A stretch of DNA of 64,000 bases. It comes from the human T2T-CHM13v2.0 reference genome, Homo sapiens. The DNA is taken from assembly GCF_009914755.1 (NCBI RefSeq), contig NC_060925.1. The stretch is one strand, 5' to 3'. The notes beneath the pieces are model-generated. The model made no database searches and was not told the origin of the DNA. It saw only the letters and a list, made by a program, of their open reading frames with translations. Both the position numbers and the translations under genes were made by a program. Below, one piece after another: positions 1 through 15,106 of this stretch; position 1 is the stretch's first letter; each line of letters starts with the position of its first letter.

Positions 1-1290
1 TACTTTCTCTGGTATTATTATAGCCATACCAGCTTTCTTATGCTTATTATATATATTTTCATCTTTTTTGTTCTCAGTCTGTCTGTGTCTTTATGTTTGA
101 AGTGTATGTTTTGTAAACATAACATATTTGGGTCTTTTAAACTAAGATTTCTGACTTATTTCAAGTATTGTATCTATGTTCTCTTTATTATCTTTGTTTT
201 CTACTTGCCCATTTGTTCTTTGTTTCTTCTTTCCTGTCCTCTTTTTGGATAAACTGAGTATGTTTTAGGATTCCAATATAGCTCTTTTACTCATTTTTTA
301 CTTATCTTTCTTTGTGTTATTTGTTCTAATGCTTACATGTTGTTTTCCCATTGAGCTCATTGAGGTCTTGCTTACACTTGCCAGTTCAGTGGTCAATATG
401 AATCCTTAACTTGTCTCAGTTTAACTTAAATTAATATTATACCAGTTTATTTGTAAAAAGGTCTTATAGCAATGCAATTTTATTTACATTCACTCTCACT
501 TGTATTATTGTCATATATTTTATTTCTGCCTATGTTGTAATCTCGATAATACATTGCTATTGTTTATTCTCTAAGTCATTAACTTTTATAGAACTGAAAA
601 AATGTATTTTTTATATTTACCATTTCCAATGTTTATCCTTATATTCTGTAGATCTGAAATTTCATCCTATACTGTTTGTCTTTAAACTGAATAATTTCCT
701 TTAGGATATTTTGTAGTGTGCATCTACTGACCAATTTTCTCACCTTTCATTTCTCTGAAAATGTTTTTAATTCACCTTACTTTAAAATAATTTTTTTGCT
801 GGATCAAAAAGATACTAGATTAAAAGTTGTTTATCTTGAGGCCTCCATTTCTCTCATATAAAATCACCTTTCATTACTATCCTTGTTCCTCTGTATTAAC
901 ATGTTTCATGTCCTCCCCTCTGCCCCTGATTTTTCTTAATCTTTAGATTGCAGCAGTTTACTATGATGTGTCCAGATGTGATTTTCTTTAGATCCGATTT
1001 TCTTTAGAATTATCCTACTTGGAAGTCACTGAGCTTCCTGAATCTATGTATTTCTGTCTTTTATCAACTTTTGATGTTATTTCTCTAATATTTCCTCAAA
1101 TGTTTGCTCTTCTCTTTCATTCTTTCTCTCCTCTCACAAGTCACTGAGGCTCTGTTTGTTGGGTTTCTTTTCTTCTGTGAGCTTTAATCTGAAGGATATC
1201 TAATGACCTGTATTCAGGCTCACTGATGATTTCTTGTGCTTTTTCCAACCTATTGCTAGTCCCATTTATAAATTTGTTTTTACATTTTTA
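1..1290 (-). mobile_element. Ancient L1M (LINE-1) fragment, ORF1/ORF2 junction region
   Basis: Very T-rich plus strand with antisense L1-like phrases (e.g. ttttctcacctttcatttctctgaaaatgttttt); no ORF; subfamily not determined. Confidence 0.65.
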
Positions 1291-1294
1291 TTAA

Positions 1295-2145
1295 GAGCGC
1301 TTATTTTTTATAACAGATTTAGATATACAGAAAAATTAAACAGATAATACAGAGTTTGCCTATTATCTGCCATGCACACACAGTTTTCCCCACATTAATA
1401 TCTTACATTAATGTAGTAGATTTGTTACAATTCATGAACTAATACTGATACATAGCAATTAACCAAAGTCCATAGTTTACTCAGATTTCTTTAGTTTTTA
1501 CATAATGTTCTTTTTCTTTCCAGGATCCCAGCCAGAATACCACATGCATTTAGCTGTTCTGTCTCCTTAGGCTCCTCTTGACTGTAACAGTTTCTCAGGT
1601 TCTCCTTGACTTTGATCACCTTGACAGTTTTGAGGACTGCTTGTCAAGTACATAGTTGGATGGCCCTCTTGGAGTTTTTCTGATGTTTTTCTCATCAGTT
1701 AGACTGGAGGCTAGGTTTGAAGGAAGAAGATCACGGATGTAAAGTTCCACTCACATCATATCAAGGCTACAGACTATCAACATGATTGATGATTATTGAT
1801 GCTGACCTTAGTCTCCTGGCTGAAGTCATGTTTCTCAGGTTTCTCCACTGTAAAGTTACTCTTTTGCTCCTCTTTTCCATACTGTACTCTCTGGAAGGAA
1901 GTCATTATGAGTAGTCCACATTTAAGGAGTGGGGAGTTATGCTCCATCGTTGAGGGGAAGAGTATCTACATAAATTATTGGGAATTCTTCTTTACAATAA
2001 ATTTGCCTCTTCTCCACAATTTAGTAATTTATTCAATCACTTATTTATATCAGCATGAACTTATGGATATTTATTTTATTTTGGTGGTTATAATCCAATA
2101 TGATTATTTATTTTGTTGCTCAATTTGTTCAAGTTTTGGCCATCT
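1295..2145 (-). mobile_element. L1MC/L1MD-type 3' end inserted in the older L1
   Basis: Starts at a T-tract and resembles the antisense L1MC/MD 3'UTR (ccaggatccca...cacatgcatttagctg; ttctccactgtaaagttact). Confidence 0.65.
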
Positions 2146-2149
2146 TTTG

Positions 2150-3370
<1,221 letters not shown>

Positions 3371-3380
3371 ATTCATAAGC

Positions 3381-3714
3381 TATTTATTTATTTTTATTTA
3401 TTCACTTTAGAAACAAAGTCTTATTTTGTCATCCAGGCTAGAGTGCAGTGGTGCAATCTGGGCTCCAGTGATCTTTTGCCTCATCCTCCTAAGTAGCTAG
3501 GATAACAGCCACACACCACAATGTCTGACTTTTCTTTTTCTTTCCTTCTTTTTTACTATTTTATTTTATTTTTTATTTATTTATTTTTTCTTGGTAGAGG
3601 TGAGGTTTCCCTGTGTTTCCCAGGGTGGTCTCAAACTCCTGGCCTCAAGTGATCCCTCTCACCTCAGCCTCTCAAACTGCTGGGATTACAGGTATGAGCC
3701 ACTGCACTTAACCT
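3381..3714 (-). mobile_element. AluJ, diverged, with internal deletion and expanded middle A-rich linker
   Basis: Alu arms recognisable; (TTTTA)n linker about 3530-3590; ctcctggcctcaagtgatcc J-type motif. Confidence 0.88.
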
Positions 3715-4204
3715 GCTTAATATGTAGTTTTGACAGCCAACTTAAATCTACCTGAATTAAGACAAGGTAAAAGTCAAATCAATGTGGTGGTATCAGCCAG
3801 GAGGTTGCCTGAAGAGTTGCTGTCCTTCTCTGAGCTTCCATTTACTGTAGAAGGGCTAATAATTCTCCCTGTATTGGCTAGTGATGAAAGCTAAGGAACC
3901 TGGCATGCAGTAGGTGCTCTCTGAATGAGGCACCATTGGGACTCCCTTCCCTTTCCACTCAGTAGAGCCACCCAGCTGTCATGGCCTGCACATCAACTCC
4001 TGCAGCAAAAATGCAGCATTTCCCTCATCTCTCTCCTGTCTGTCTCTTCTAGCAGTGTCTGGCTCTTAAGAGCCTCTGGCCTATTCCATCCCAAGGGCCA
4101 CTTGTAGGTGCATTTACAAAACTGTGAGTTCTACAAGGGTAGGGGTCTTGTCTTTCTCAGCTCTATATGTCCAGCTCCTTGAAAAAGAAAATAAATATAA
4201 TAAG

Positions 4205-5460
4205 CATTCATCCATTCATTCATTCATTTATCTAATACTATTGAGCACCTATTATATTCTGGTCACTGTCCTAAGTGCTGGGATTCAGCACTGAACAAGA
4301 GGGACAATATCACTGCTCTTCCTGACATATTTGGTGGAGGAGCTGGGCAATATACTAATAGGTCAAATACATAGTATGCCAAGATGGTAATAAGAGCAAT
4401 TTAGGATATAAACACAGGAGAGGGGAAGACAGAAGGCAAAAATGAGGAGAGCGTAGTATTAAATAATGGAGCCAGGAAAGGTGACATTGTGATCAAAGAC
4501 TGAAACAAGGTGAATGAATGAATGAATCATGCAGATATTTGGGGGACGAATATTCTAGTCAGAGAGAACAGTCCATGCCAAGGCCCTGTGGTGGGGGTAT
4601 GCCTGGCCTACGTGAGGAACAGTGAGAAGGACAGTGGGGTGGAACTTTGCGACTCATTTTAAAACCCTCTCTCTCTTTCTCCTGCCTCACACTTAGAGAC
4701 TGGTGAGAAGAAGAGGAATCAGCAGACAGAAGCAGAGGCCAGTAAGGTTGGAGGAAAACAGAAAGGGCAGGTTGCTCCGGAAGGCAAGGAGGAAAGAGTG
4801 ATCACATGTGTGCCAGATGAGGATTGAGACTTCTCTGTTGGATTTAGCAACAAGGAGGTCATTGGTGACCACAGCAAGGGCCATTTTGGTGAGCAGATGG
4901 GGACACCAACCTAATAGGGTGAATTCAAGAGAGAAGAAGGAAGACAGCAGTTGAATGAGCAAGCTTAGGCAACATTTTGAGGGGTTTTGCTTAGGAGAGG
5001 AGCAGAGAAATGCGGCAGGACTTGGAAGGGAATAAGGAGTCAAGAGGTTTAATTCTTTTTTTTTTAATTTTTTTAGACAGAGTCTTGCTCTGTTGCCCAG
5101 GCTAGAGTGCAGTGGTGTGATCTCTGCTTACTGCAACCTCCACCTCCCAGTTCAAGTGATTCTCCTGCCTCAGCCTCCCAAGTAGCTGAGACTACAGGCG
5201 TGTGCCACCGCGCCCAGCTAATTTTTGTGGTTTTAGTCAAGACAGGGTTTCACGATATTGGCCAGGCTGGTCTTGAACTCCTGACCTCAAATGATCCACC
5301 CAACTCAGCCTCCCAAAGTGTTGGGATTACAGGCATGAGCCACTGCGCCCGGCCACTTCTCTTTTAAATGGGAAAAATATTTGCATGCTGTTTGTCTGCT
5401 AATGGGAGGGATTGAATAAAAGGGAAAAATTTGAGGATACAGGAGAGAGAGAAGCGATAT
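4205..5460 (-). mobile_element. L2 (LINE-2) 3' fragment(s), split by an Alu
   Basis: cattcattcattcat tail followed by ttgagcacctattat...ctaagtgctggg, typical of the L2 3' end. Confidence 0.7.
5056..5354 (-). mobile_element. AluS (Sx/Sz-like)
   Basis: Full dimeric Alu with T-tail; ends cactgcgcccggcc. Confidence 0.95.
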
Positions 5461-5489
5461 TCTTAAGTAGGCCATGTGTCTTTGCCTAT

Positions 5490-5900
5490 TCTGGTCCCAG
5501 CACATTAATTTTTGATTAGGGAGTGACCCTTCTCCACCCCCTTCAGTTCAAATGGCCCAAGTGAGGCTGCCTGAGTCCCTGGCTTCAGGAGTGGGCATTT
5601 GACCAGGCCTGATCAATAAGAGCACTGCAGTCCCAGGCCAATGGCCCAAGCTGCCCCACTCTGAGCTAAAGAGCAACAGCCCTAGGAGTTTTGCTGGAGC
5701 ACCTAGGAATGGGAGACTCTCTTTCCACTGGGTGGCTGAACTGACAGGGTGTGGACTCAGCTGTGCCTGCACCCAGAGCCTGCCCCAGCATAGAGCCTGC
5801 ACCAGCATAAAGCCTGCCATGGAGCAGGCTAATGCCTGTGTAATACAACTGGATTCCTGGAGCCTGGCTGCCCTCCTCCCAGGCTGGTCTTTCTTTGCTC
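5490..5900. mobile_element. Old MaLR LTR (MLT1J/K-like) fragment
   Basis: ggagtgggcatttgaccaggcctgatcaataagagc resembles MLT1 consensus. Confidence 0.4.
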
Positions 5901-8900
5901 CATCACTCTGTTTTAGCTCCTCTGTAGTCATCATCACTACTTGCCTTATTACTTAATTTGTTTATTCATTTATTGTCTCCCTCATAGGAACCTTTGTCTA
6001 CCTTTTCCATTGCTGTATCCCCAGGATCTCTTTCTAGCACAGAGTAGGGCTTCAAATAAATATTAGTTGACCGAATAAGTGAATATGTAAGAATGTGCTA
6101 CAGCTGTATATTCATCTTGAACCATATCTCACTTATCCAGGCATCTGGCAGCTTCAGCTATCTAGAATGGAACACAAATACCCAAAAAGCCCTAGAGTTA
6201 CCAAAATGCAAGTCACATGGACCATGTCTACAAGCACAAGTTTTTTGTTTTTGTAAACAGAGGTGCTCCCTCACTCAGAGATGAGAGGCTTCTACTGCAG
6301 GCGTGGTTCTCATATGCCCGGTGAGTTGGTTGTCCAACCACAACAGGTTAGTGGCAGGGCGCTAGGAGGAGTGGGTCCTGCTGGAAGGTACTACATGAAT
6401 ACCAGCGAGAAGAGACATCTGGGGCCCAGAAGACCAGAAAACACCAGAAGGCAGGTGAGAGAACTCCAGGAGAAGGCGGGCTACAGGCTGGGCTCCAGTC
6501 CTCTGGGGATCCTCCGGGGCTAGAGGACATAGGGGTGACAGTGAGACTCAGAGGGCACAGAGCAAAGCTTAAATTATGCTCCACAGTGCCCTTTCCAGAA
6601 ACGGGAATGCAAGGTACATTTTATCATCCATTTTTAAAGAGATTGATTCAATGCAGAAGAAGAAGCAGAAGAAATAAAAATCGCCTGTCATCTTAGAGAT
6701 GCCTCCATGATGAGCATGTGATACGGCAGGTATTGGTTCTGCTCGTCCATTCCAGTGTCATTAAATGTGCTTCACAAACATGACTCTTATTGGCTGCATA
6801 ATATTCCATCACACGGACATCAAATATTCCCCTACTGGACAATTTGCTTCCAAATATTTGCCGTTAACCGTAACACAGTAGTGAGATTCTTGTACGTAAT
6901 CATGGAGGCTCAGACCTCTCTCTTGATAGTAGAATTGCTAGGTCAAAAGTATGGGCATTCTAGGATGTTTTACACATGCAGTGAAATTTATCCACTCTCA
7001 AGTTGGGTATCAGTGCCTTTTAGATGCTAAATTAATTAGATCTTGGTGGATAAAGAAATAAAGCTCAATGCAGAAAAACCCCTGTGTAACACCTCTCATC
7101 CCTGGATAGTAACTGACTGGTGTCTCCTGGGTGCACAATCATGTGTGTTCATGTGTGTGTGCGTGTGTGTATGCACGTGTGTGTGTGTTCGTGCACCCAT
7201 ATTTCACTGGTACTATCCAACTACTCTGTGAGCTGTTTGTGGTAGGTATTGTCACCCCATTGTACAGATGAAGAAGCTGGGGCTCAGAGGGCATGAATAT
7301 TACAGTAAAAGGAGCATAAGCAGACATACCTGGGTTTGAATCCCAACTCTGCTCCTCTTGAGCCTCATCCTCTTACACAGGAGGTTAGGATAGAGACACC
7401 TGCCTCCCAGGAGGGGGTGAAATGAGAGAGCAGATCGAAAGTGTCTGGTACAAACTGGACACAGAAGGTGCTCAAGCAATGATATTTGTGGTCATTGCCA
7501 AGCTCACAGAGGCTGAATTGAACCCATGTCTCCTAACCACAAGCTAAGTGCATATTCTTGGCACCGCCTGCCTTTGAACCAAATGCAAAAACTGAGACAG
7601 GACTTGGAACAGTCTCTACATCGGGTTATCATTGCTGCATCCCCAGAGCCCTTCTATCAATCCAAAGGGACAAGGGACCAACATCTGAGTCAACTTTAAA
7701 AATAATATAGCCCACAGAAGTGAATGGCTGTCAGCCTGTGGCCCACTGGGACTGGGAGATCTTTCTCATGTTGAGCTGAATCCCAGCCTGCATCAGTGTT
7801 CTCCCAGCTTGGTATCCGGGCATCCATGCTCACCTCCCAAATCTTGGACCATGGGGACAGGGAAAACTTGCTGATGACAAGGATGAGAAGACCCCTCCTC
7901 CACCCAGGTCTTTGGGAAAGTTAATCCAGCTTCTAGGCCAGGCCATTCTGGGTAATGGATGCCTCTTTTTAATGCTCTCTGGGAGGTGGGTCCCGCCTTC
8001 ATCTGCTACAGTGTCATTAAGACAGAAAACATTAGCTCCATGGGGCTCCCGATGGCCTTCAGAAACTGCAAGTTAAACACTAACCAGAAGGGCTTCTCAA
8101 GCCTTAACCCTCTCCTTCCCAGCACAGGCCAAGGCCTCAGCCAGACGGCTCTGCAGATCACTGGCCTGGGCTCCCAGGGACCCTGGCTTTTCACAGCCTT
8201 GGGAGCAAGTGAATGTGAGGAAAGAGGGAAGATAGAGGGCAGAGAAGAATCCTTGAGGCTCTTGATCCAGGTGTTTGGAGGTGCCCCCACCACCTACCCC
8301 AGAGCTGGTTAGAGAGCAGAGCACTTAGAGGCTGGGTTGGGGCTGGTGACTTTGGGCCACTCCCTTGACCTCTCTGTTTGCTGGATTCCTACAGGGTGGG
8401 GGCTGGATGGGCTCCATTCCTCCAGGTAGAGCCTGGTGGTCTTCTCCAAGAGGGGTGGCGTGTCCTCAACCCCCCAGGTCCCTGCACCAAAGCCTGTTCC
8501 CTGCTCAGACCACACGTGACCTGGTGGGGAGGCCACCTGTAGGGCAGAGGGGAGCAGCTGACCTGGATGAGTTGGCAGAGGTGGGGAGCCCCTGGTATCA
8601 AGCGTCTCTGGATGCCCAGCACTGTGCTGGGGCTCCACACATACAAAATGCCTGTGCCAGCCTCACAACAACCCTGTGGGGAAGGGGTGATGTTCCCCCC
8701 ACTTCATAGCTGACAGCACGGAGGCTCCGCATACAGAGGGACCTGTCCAGGTCGAACTGAGATCTGTCTGATTCCAAACCCAAACTCTTTCCCATCAGCC
8801 ATTGGCAGAGAGCACAAGAGAGGACGTGGCCTCACCTTGGCCCCTCTCCTCTTTGCACAGGCTGTCTCTCCTCCTCACCTGTTTTCCCCTCCTCTATTCA

Positions 8901-11869
8901 ATTCCTGCCCAGCCCAAGGCAAGCCTCCTCCAGGAATTCCTCCTTGATGTCTGACAGCCAAACCCCAAGTGTGCTACCCAGCGAGACTGCTGGTTGTTCA
9001 ATTTGCCAACACAGCTTTAGAGTTTGCTGCAGTGAGTGCAGACGCAAACATGAGCTCATTTCATTCTCTCACCAGGCTCACGAGTATTTGCTGGGCACTG
9101 ACTTGGAGCCAGGTGCTGCAGGGCTGCAGAGGGTACAGGAACAAACATGCACTGAGCGCCTGCAGATGCCCCTCCCGTGCTCAGGGGAGCCCACATGTCA
9201 CCCTAGGCAGGATCCTTGCCCCATTTGACAGATGAAGAAACTGAGGCCCAGAGAAGAGGAGGAAGCTGCTCAGGGTCACTCAGTGAGCCAATGGCTGGGA
9301 TTCAACACTAGGCCAGTCCCCAGATCCACACCCACCGCCCCCCGACACTCCCTGCCCCAGAACCTTTTAAGCTCCCACTGCTGGGGCAGGACTGGCCCTT
9401 TGCCCTGGAGCCTCTGGTCATGCAGGTGGGCTCTGTAGCCACAGCCACGCAGGGAGGGGAGGGACAACGTGCAGCCGGCAGGATCCTATGTCACCCCTCG
9501 GTGACATGCCCACCTGCTCAGCCCATCCTCCAGCCTGTTCCTCCACCTGGGGGCTCAAAGCCCCTGACCAGCCCCCTGACCACTCACTTCCCCAAACTGT
9601 CCAGCTCTGGCTGGAGAAGCAACAGAACATAAATTAATGCATCTTCAGCTCTGGCTCCAAATGATTTTTCTCTCACCTTCCTGGACTGATCCCTCATCAG
9701 CTCCATCCTCAGAGAAATATGAGAGGACCCAGAGGGTGGAGGCTGGTCCTAGCCTTGCGGGGACATGGGCCTGGCCCTGGGACTGGTACAGGTTGATAAA
9801 CCCCATTCCTTGGAGGTGGTGGCAACATGGCTCAGCATGAAAGGTGGGGTCCAGGTGTGTGTGCATGTGCATGTGAGGTCAGCAAAGCCCTCTCTGCTCC
9901 CCCAGGCCCTGGACCCAGGCCCTGGGGCTAAGCTAGGGCTGCTGCATGAGTCCCCAGTTTGCTAATGGAGGGGAGGCCTCCCTTGATAATGAGAATAACC
10001 TTATGAACTCCCCTGGGCTGCCGCCTCCCAGACTTTATTTTTTCTGACTCAGTCTCAATTTGAAATAAGGAGAGAGAGGCTGAGAGAGAGAAAAATTCCA
10101 AGCTGTCACCTTTGGTAGATGCTCCAGAAAAGGAGTCTAAGTCTCACTTGTCACAGGCGGGGAAACCGAGGCTCTAAGAGGGAGCTCAGTGTTTGTACAA
10201 CCAGTTGGTGGCAGAGCTGGGACAGGCATCGGGACTCAGCAGAGCTCCTGACTGTCAGTGCATGCATGTGAAATGGTGTGTGTGACAGTTAAGGACACAA
10301 ATGCGGAGTGCGTGAGAACATGTGCCTTAGTCTCAGAGTGTGAGTGTGAGAAACACTTGAGGGCGGTGGCGGTGGCTCTCCCCTCGGGCAACGCCCAGAT
10401 CCTGTGGGTGACTCCTAGCAGATCTTCTGTGTCCCCAGCCTGTCCTTGCTGGACTCTGAGCTGATGTCCCATTCTAGAAAATTTTCAGCTGCTGGCCAGG
10501 AACAGTAGGGAACCCAATTGTTTCTATTTGGTCTTTATTGAATAAAAATGAAATTTAAATTCTTTGCAGGGAGGTAATTTTTCCTAATCACTCACCCTGC
10601 TGCACGGATTCCCCACAACTTGATTATGTCTAACTAGATTAATTGTATGGAGAGTGATTTCTTTTCTCTGAGAAAATTAACCACAGAGCAGGGGGGTCAT
10701 CTGAGCCCCAATGACTCCCTACCCCCAAGAAAGTCCCCAGGGCCCAGGTTCTGGGTGGGGGGCGCTGCCTTGTCCCAAGGCCTCCCTCTGTTTCTCTTTC
10801 ATCACTGGCTCCTTCTGTCACCAAGTCCCTGTCACCATCTGTCTCTGTCTCCCACTGTCCCTGACCCTCTCCTGGTTTGGGCTTCTGTGGTCCTGACTGC
10901 GGGGGAGGCCACCGCCCTGCGCCCCTGCATTAAAGAGGCTGATGTTCTCCATGAGGGGAGGGGAAAGGCACAGTGTGAAGTGCTCAAGTTCACCTTCTGA
11001 AGCAGCTTGGGCTGAGGTGAGGGGGTCACATGGACAGCCCCCCAGAGCCCCACCCAGTGTACCACCAATATCCTGGTTTCCAAAGCCTTTAAACTACATA
11101 GAGTTTTACAGTTTGCGTGGGCTGGATGCAGCCTGAGTGCCCACAGAGGGGGCTGCAGGGCCAGGCTGGGCCAGACCAGCTGTGGGGCTCAGGGAGGGCC
11201 TGGCTGGAAGAAGGGGGTCTGGGCAGCCCCTCTCTCAGCCTGAGGGAGGCTGAAGGGTCTGCAGTCCCAGTCGCTCCCCCATGGCCAAGCTGGCACTTCC
11301 CTCCAACAGGCACAGAATCCCCAGCCCCAGACACCTGCTCCTTCCTGGAGCTCAGCACCACCTTCCTTTCGGAACGCTGGGCCTGGGCCTGTCCTCAGCT
11401 GCTGCTGCCCTGCAGCCCCTGCTGGGGGTCTCCTAGCCCTGCCCCCTTGGGGTCTCCCTCCATACCCCTGTCTACACTGTTCTCACCCAGTCCAGGGCAC
11501 CATCTTCTCTCCCCAGACACTGCACAGCTGCTCCAGTCTCCTGGACCCAGACCCTCCCCCTGCAGTTCACAGGCTGCAGCCAACATGAACAGGCCATGCC
11601 CCCTCTCAAAGCCCTTCCATGGCTCCGCTGCTCTGAGGACTAAAATCCCAACAACAGTGTGGACTGCAGGGCCCTTGTGAAACAGCCACATGGACCTCTG
11701 CAGCCCCATCTTTCCCACTCTCGTCTTACACTCGCCACACAGAGTCAGCTGTGTGCAGGCCTCTGTGTGTGCTGGGCCATCTTCCCGAAACACCCTCTCC
11801 CAGGCCTGCCTGATGCCAGCTTTCTGCACAGCCCTGCTCGATGGTCAACAGCAGCTGGTGTGTACTGAG

Positions 11870-12060
11870 AGCTGACTGTGTGCCAGGCACTGTGCTAAGG
11901 GCTTTACGTGGTTATCCCATTTAACACTCCCAGCAACCCTGCAGGGATAGCTATTATCCATCCCCATTTTACAGAAGAAAAACTGAGGTTCACACATGAA
12001 GCATCTGGCCAAGGGCTCTCATCTGGGAAGTAAATGGTGGAGCTGGGATTTGAGTCAGGT
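11870..12060. mobile_element. MIR SINE
   Basis: tgtgccaggcactgtgctaag...cccattttacagaagaaaaactgagg MIR core. Confidence 0.8.
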
Positions 12061-12942
12061 CATTTGCATGAGGTCGCTTCTGCCCATCCCAGGCACCTCT
12101 TCCCAGGTTCAGGGCCCCTCTCCACACTCCTGTTTCCCCTGCACGAGCATTCGCCTGACTGTTCTGAAACTACTCATTTCCCAGTCTCCCCATGGGGCCT
12201 GGGCTGTGAGCTCCCCAGGACCACGTGGGTCTCTCCTGTCTCTGGGCCCCAGAGCCCAGCATGGGACCCGATACATGGTGGACGCTTGGCCAGGGTCTGC
12301 TGACTGAGGAGTAGGGGGCAGCCCTACTGGCAGCTGGCCCCTCCCTCCCACACCCATCCCTTCTACCACTCGATACCTCAGTAAGCAAAGCCTTTAAACC
12401 AAAAACAATTTTACAGTTCATTTGAGTTAATCACGGCTGCTCTTTCTGGAAACAATCTTCCCCAAATTGTCTGCAGAGAGGCGAGCACCCTGCCTGGCAG
12501 CCCCCACCCCACCCTCCATCACAGACCCTTGGAATCACAGGAGATGGTGGGAAGTGGGAGTGGTGGAGACCCCAGGAATTCAAGTCAGCTGTCAAGCTGC
12601 ATGTCGGCTGTGATAGGCATTGGAGTACCACAGTCAAGAGATGGACCCCACCCCCACCCTCATGGGGCTCACTGTATAAAGGAAGAGAAAAACATCAAAC
12701 AAACCATCACACAAGTGATTCTGTAGTTAGTACTGAGCTGCAATAAGTTAATCATGCAGAAATCTAACAGTACTAACTATACAAACCTGGCAATTTGTTA
12801 AACCTCTTGGAGCCTCTGTTTCCTCATTTGTAAAATGGGGATCTTATTGGCATCTTCTTCATGGGGTGTTGAGAACACAACGAGATGGGTAAAGCTCTTA
12901 ACCTGGCACCTAGTTGGTGTTTAACATACATTAAGAGCTCTG

Positions 12943-13264
12943 TCAGTCAGTTCCAGCTGCCATAACAAGACACACGACTGGGAGGCTTAAATAAAAGAAA
13001 TTCATGGTCTCTCAGTTCTTGAGCCCAGAAATCTGGGATCAAGGTGTTGGCAGAGTGAGTTTCTTCTGTCTCTTCTCTTGGCTTGTAGGTGGTCATGTTC
13101 TCTCTGTGTCCTTTTGTTGGACAAGGCCCCATCCTGTGACCTCATTTTAGCTTAATCCCTCTTTGAAGGCCATCTCTCCAAATATGGAGATCGTAACCTT
13201 CTCAGGTATTGGAGGTTAGGACTTCAACATTCAAATTTGTGGGGAAACACAATTCACCCTGTAA
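12943..13264 (-). mobile_element. MaLR solo LTR (MLT1A/B-like)
   Basis: gctgccataacaa...ggcttaaataaaagaaatt...ggttaggacttcaacat...aattcaccctgtaac. Confidence 0.7.
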
Positions 13265-13269
13265 CGGGA

Positions 13270-13745
13270 TATGTCCAAGAAAATTGAGTATATATATCCA
13301 CAAATCACTTATATGTAAATTTTCATAGAAGCTTTATTTATAATAGTTTAAAAAGAAAATAACCCAAATGTCCATCTATGAGAGAATGGATAAATATATT
13401 GTGAAGAGTGATAAAATTGAAATACACAGAATTTTTCAAAAATAAACAAACTACATATATATGTAGATATATATATAAAACATCATATATTAGACATATA
13501 TAGAACATATATGAATATCACAGACAGGGTCAACAAAAAACATCTGCCACAAAAGACACATCCTTTACATTCCCATTAATATGAACAAGTCTATAGTGAT
13601 ATTATAGAACAATGAACATCTCTCAGGGTTGGGAGATTGACTGGAAAAGGAAACAAAGACTTTATTGGATGCTAGAAATGTTCTTTGTCTTGATTTGGCT
13701 GGTGGTTACATGGGTGTACATCTGTGTAGAAGTTCATAGAGCTAT
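13270..13745 (+). mobile_element. L1ME-type 3' end fragment
   Basis: aacccaaatgtccatc...gaatggataaat and cttgatttggctggtggttacatgggtgta motifs. Confidence 0.65.
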
Positions 13746-13769
13746 CTCCATCAGCTTTTGCTCAAAATA

Positions 13770-14250
13770 CAAATTGGGTGGTAAATAGCCATTTATTTAG
13801 CTCACAATTCTAATGGCTGTCTGTGCAATTGATCGGGTCTAGTCTAGCTCAGGTCATCTCTCCTGAGTCTAGGGTCCACTAGTATTGCAGATTACAGCTG
13901 GATGATTTAAGGATGGTTTCACTCACACATTTGATATTCGGCAAGCTATCAGCTGGAGCACCTTCATTCTTTTCCATATGGTCTCTGACCTTCCATCAAG
14001 CCAGCTCAAACTCATTCCATGTCTCCAAGTTCAGCAAAAAAGAGAAAGACCTTATGGGCAAGCAATTCAAAAGCCTCTGTGTGTCTACTCTTTGTTAGTG
14101 TTTCGATTGGCCAGAACAAGTCCATTGGCCAACCCAGATTGAAGAGGTGGAGAAATAAACTTCCATTCCTGATGGAAGGATTTGAAATGCCAAATCACAA
14201 AAGTACGAATGCAGAAGGGAAAGAATTTATGGTTATTTTACAACCTACCA
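13770..14250. mobile_element. Old MaLR LTR (MLT1F-H-like)
   Basis: catttatttagctcacaattct...gattggccagaacaagtc...aacccagatt. Confidence 0.5.
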
Positions 14251-14649
14251 CATGTACACTTAATATTTATATATTTTACCATATGCAAGTTATATATTAA
14301 TACAACAAATAGAAAAATATGGGGTTTGAGTCACATGATGACAACAGGTACTCTTGGTGTCAGTATGCTTGTAGGTTTCCTTGTTAGGGTCCCTGTTTTC
14401 TACATGGCCCCTAATTCTGCAGAGACAGTGTTGTTACAAGATGCATGTGAGTATATGTGTGTGGATGGGGAGTTGTAGCTTCACAACTTTCAGCCTCAGT
14501 CAGATTTCTCTCAAGTGGGATGGAGTGAGAGATGGGACTATCAATGGACTATATTGTGAAGAGCTGAACACAGGTACATCTGATGTTTACACAGGTAAAC
14601 TTGAGGAAGTGGTAAACCTGATTTCTCAGCTGTAGAAGTCAGGCTGAGA

Positions 14650-14930
14650 GGCCAGGCACGGTGGCTCACACCTGTAATCCCAGTACTTTGGGAGGCTGAG
14701 GCAGGCAGATCATGAGGTCAGGAGATCGAGACCATCCTGGCCAACACGGTGAAACCCCGTCTCTACTAAAAATACAAAAATTAGTTGGATATGGTGGCGT
14801 GCGCCTGTAATCCCAGCTACTCAGTAAGCTGAGGCAGGAGAATCACTTGAACCTGGGAGGCAGGGGTTGCTGTGAGCCAAGACTGAGCCACATGCACTCC
14901 AGCCTGGCCACAGAGGGAGACTCTGTCGAA
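14650..14930 (+). mobile_element. AluS (Sc-like) with TSD caggctgaga (14640-14649 / 15108-15117)
   Basis: ggccaggcacggtggctcac...gatcatgaggtcaggagatcgagaccatcctggccaac; direct repeat flanks the Alu plus its tail. Confidence 0.93.
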
Positions 14931-15106
14931 AAGAAAGGGGAGGAGAGCGGAGGGAAGGGAAGAGGGGAGGGGAGGGGAGGGGAGGGGAGGGGAGGGGAGG
15001 GGAGGGGAGGGGAGGGGAGGGGAGGAGAGGGAAGGGAAGGGAAGGGAAGGGAAGGGAAGGGAAGGGAAGGGAAGGGAAGGGAAGGGAAGGGAAGGGAAGG
15101 GAAGGG
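14931..15106 (+). repeat. (GGGGA)n then (GGGAA)n polypurine pentamer microsatellite in the Alu tail
   Basis: Directly visible. Confidence 0.97.

Noticed and set aside
5107-5367. Alu-derived ORFs (also 44347-44689 and 63066-63287)
   Set aside because: Standard antisense Alu translations
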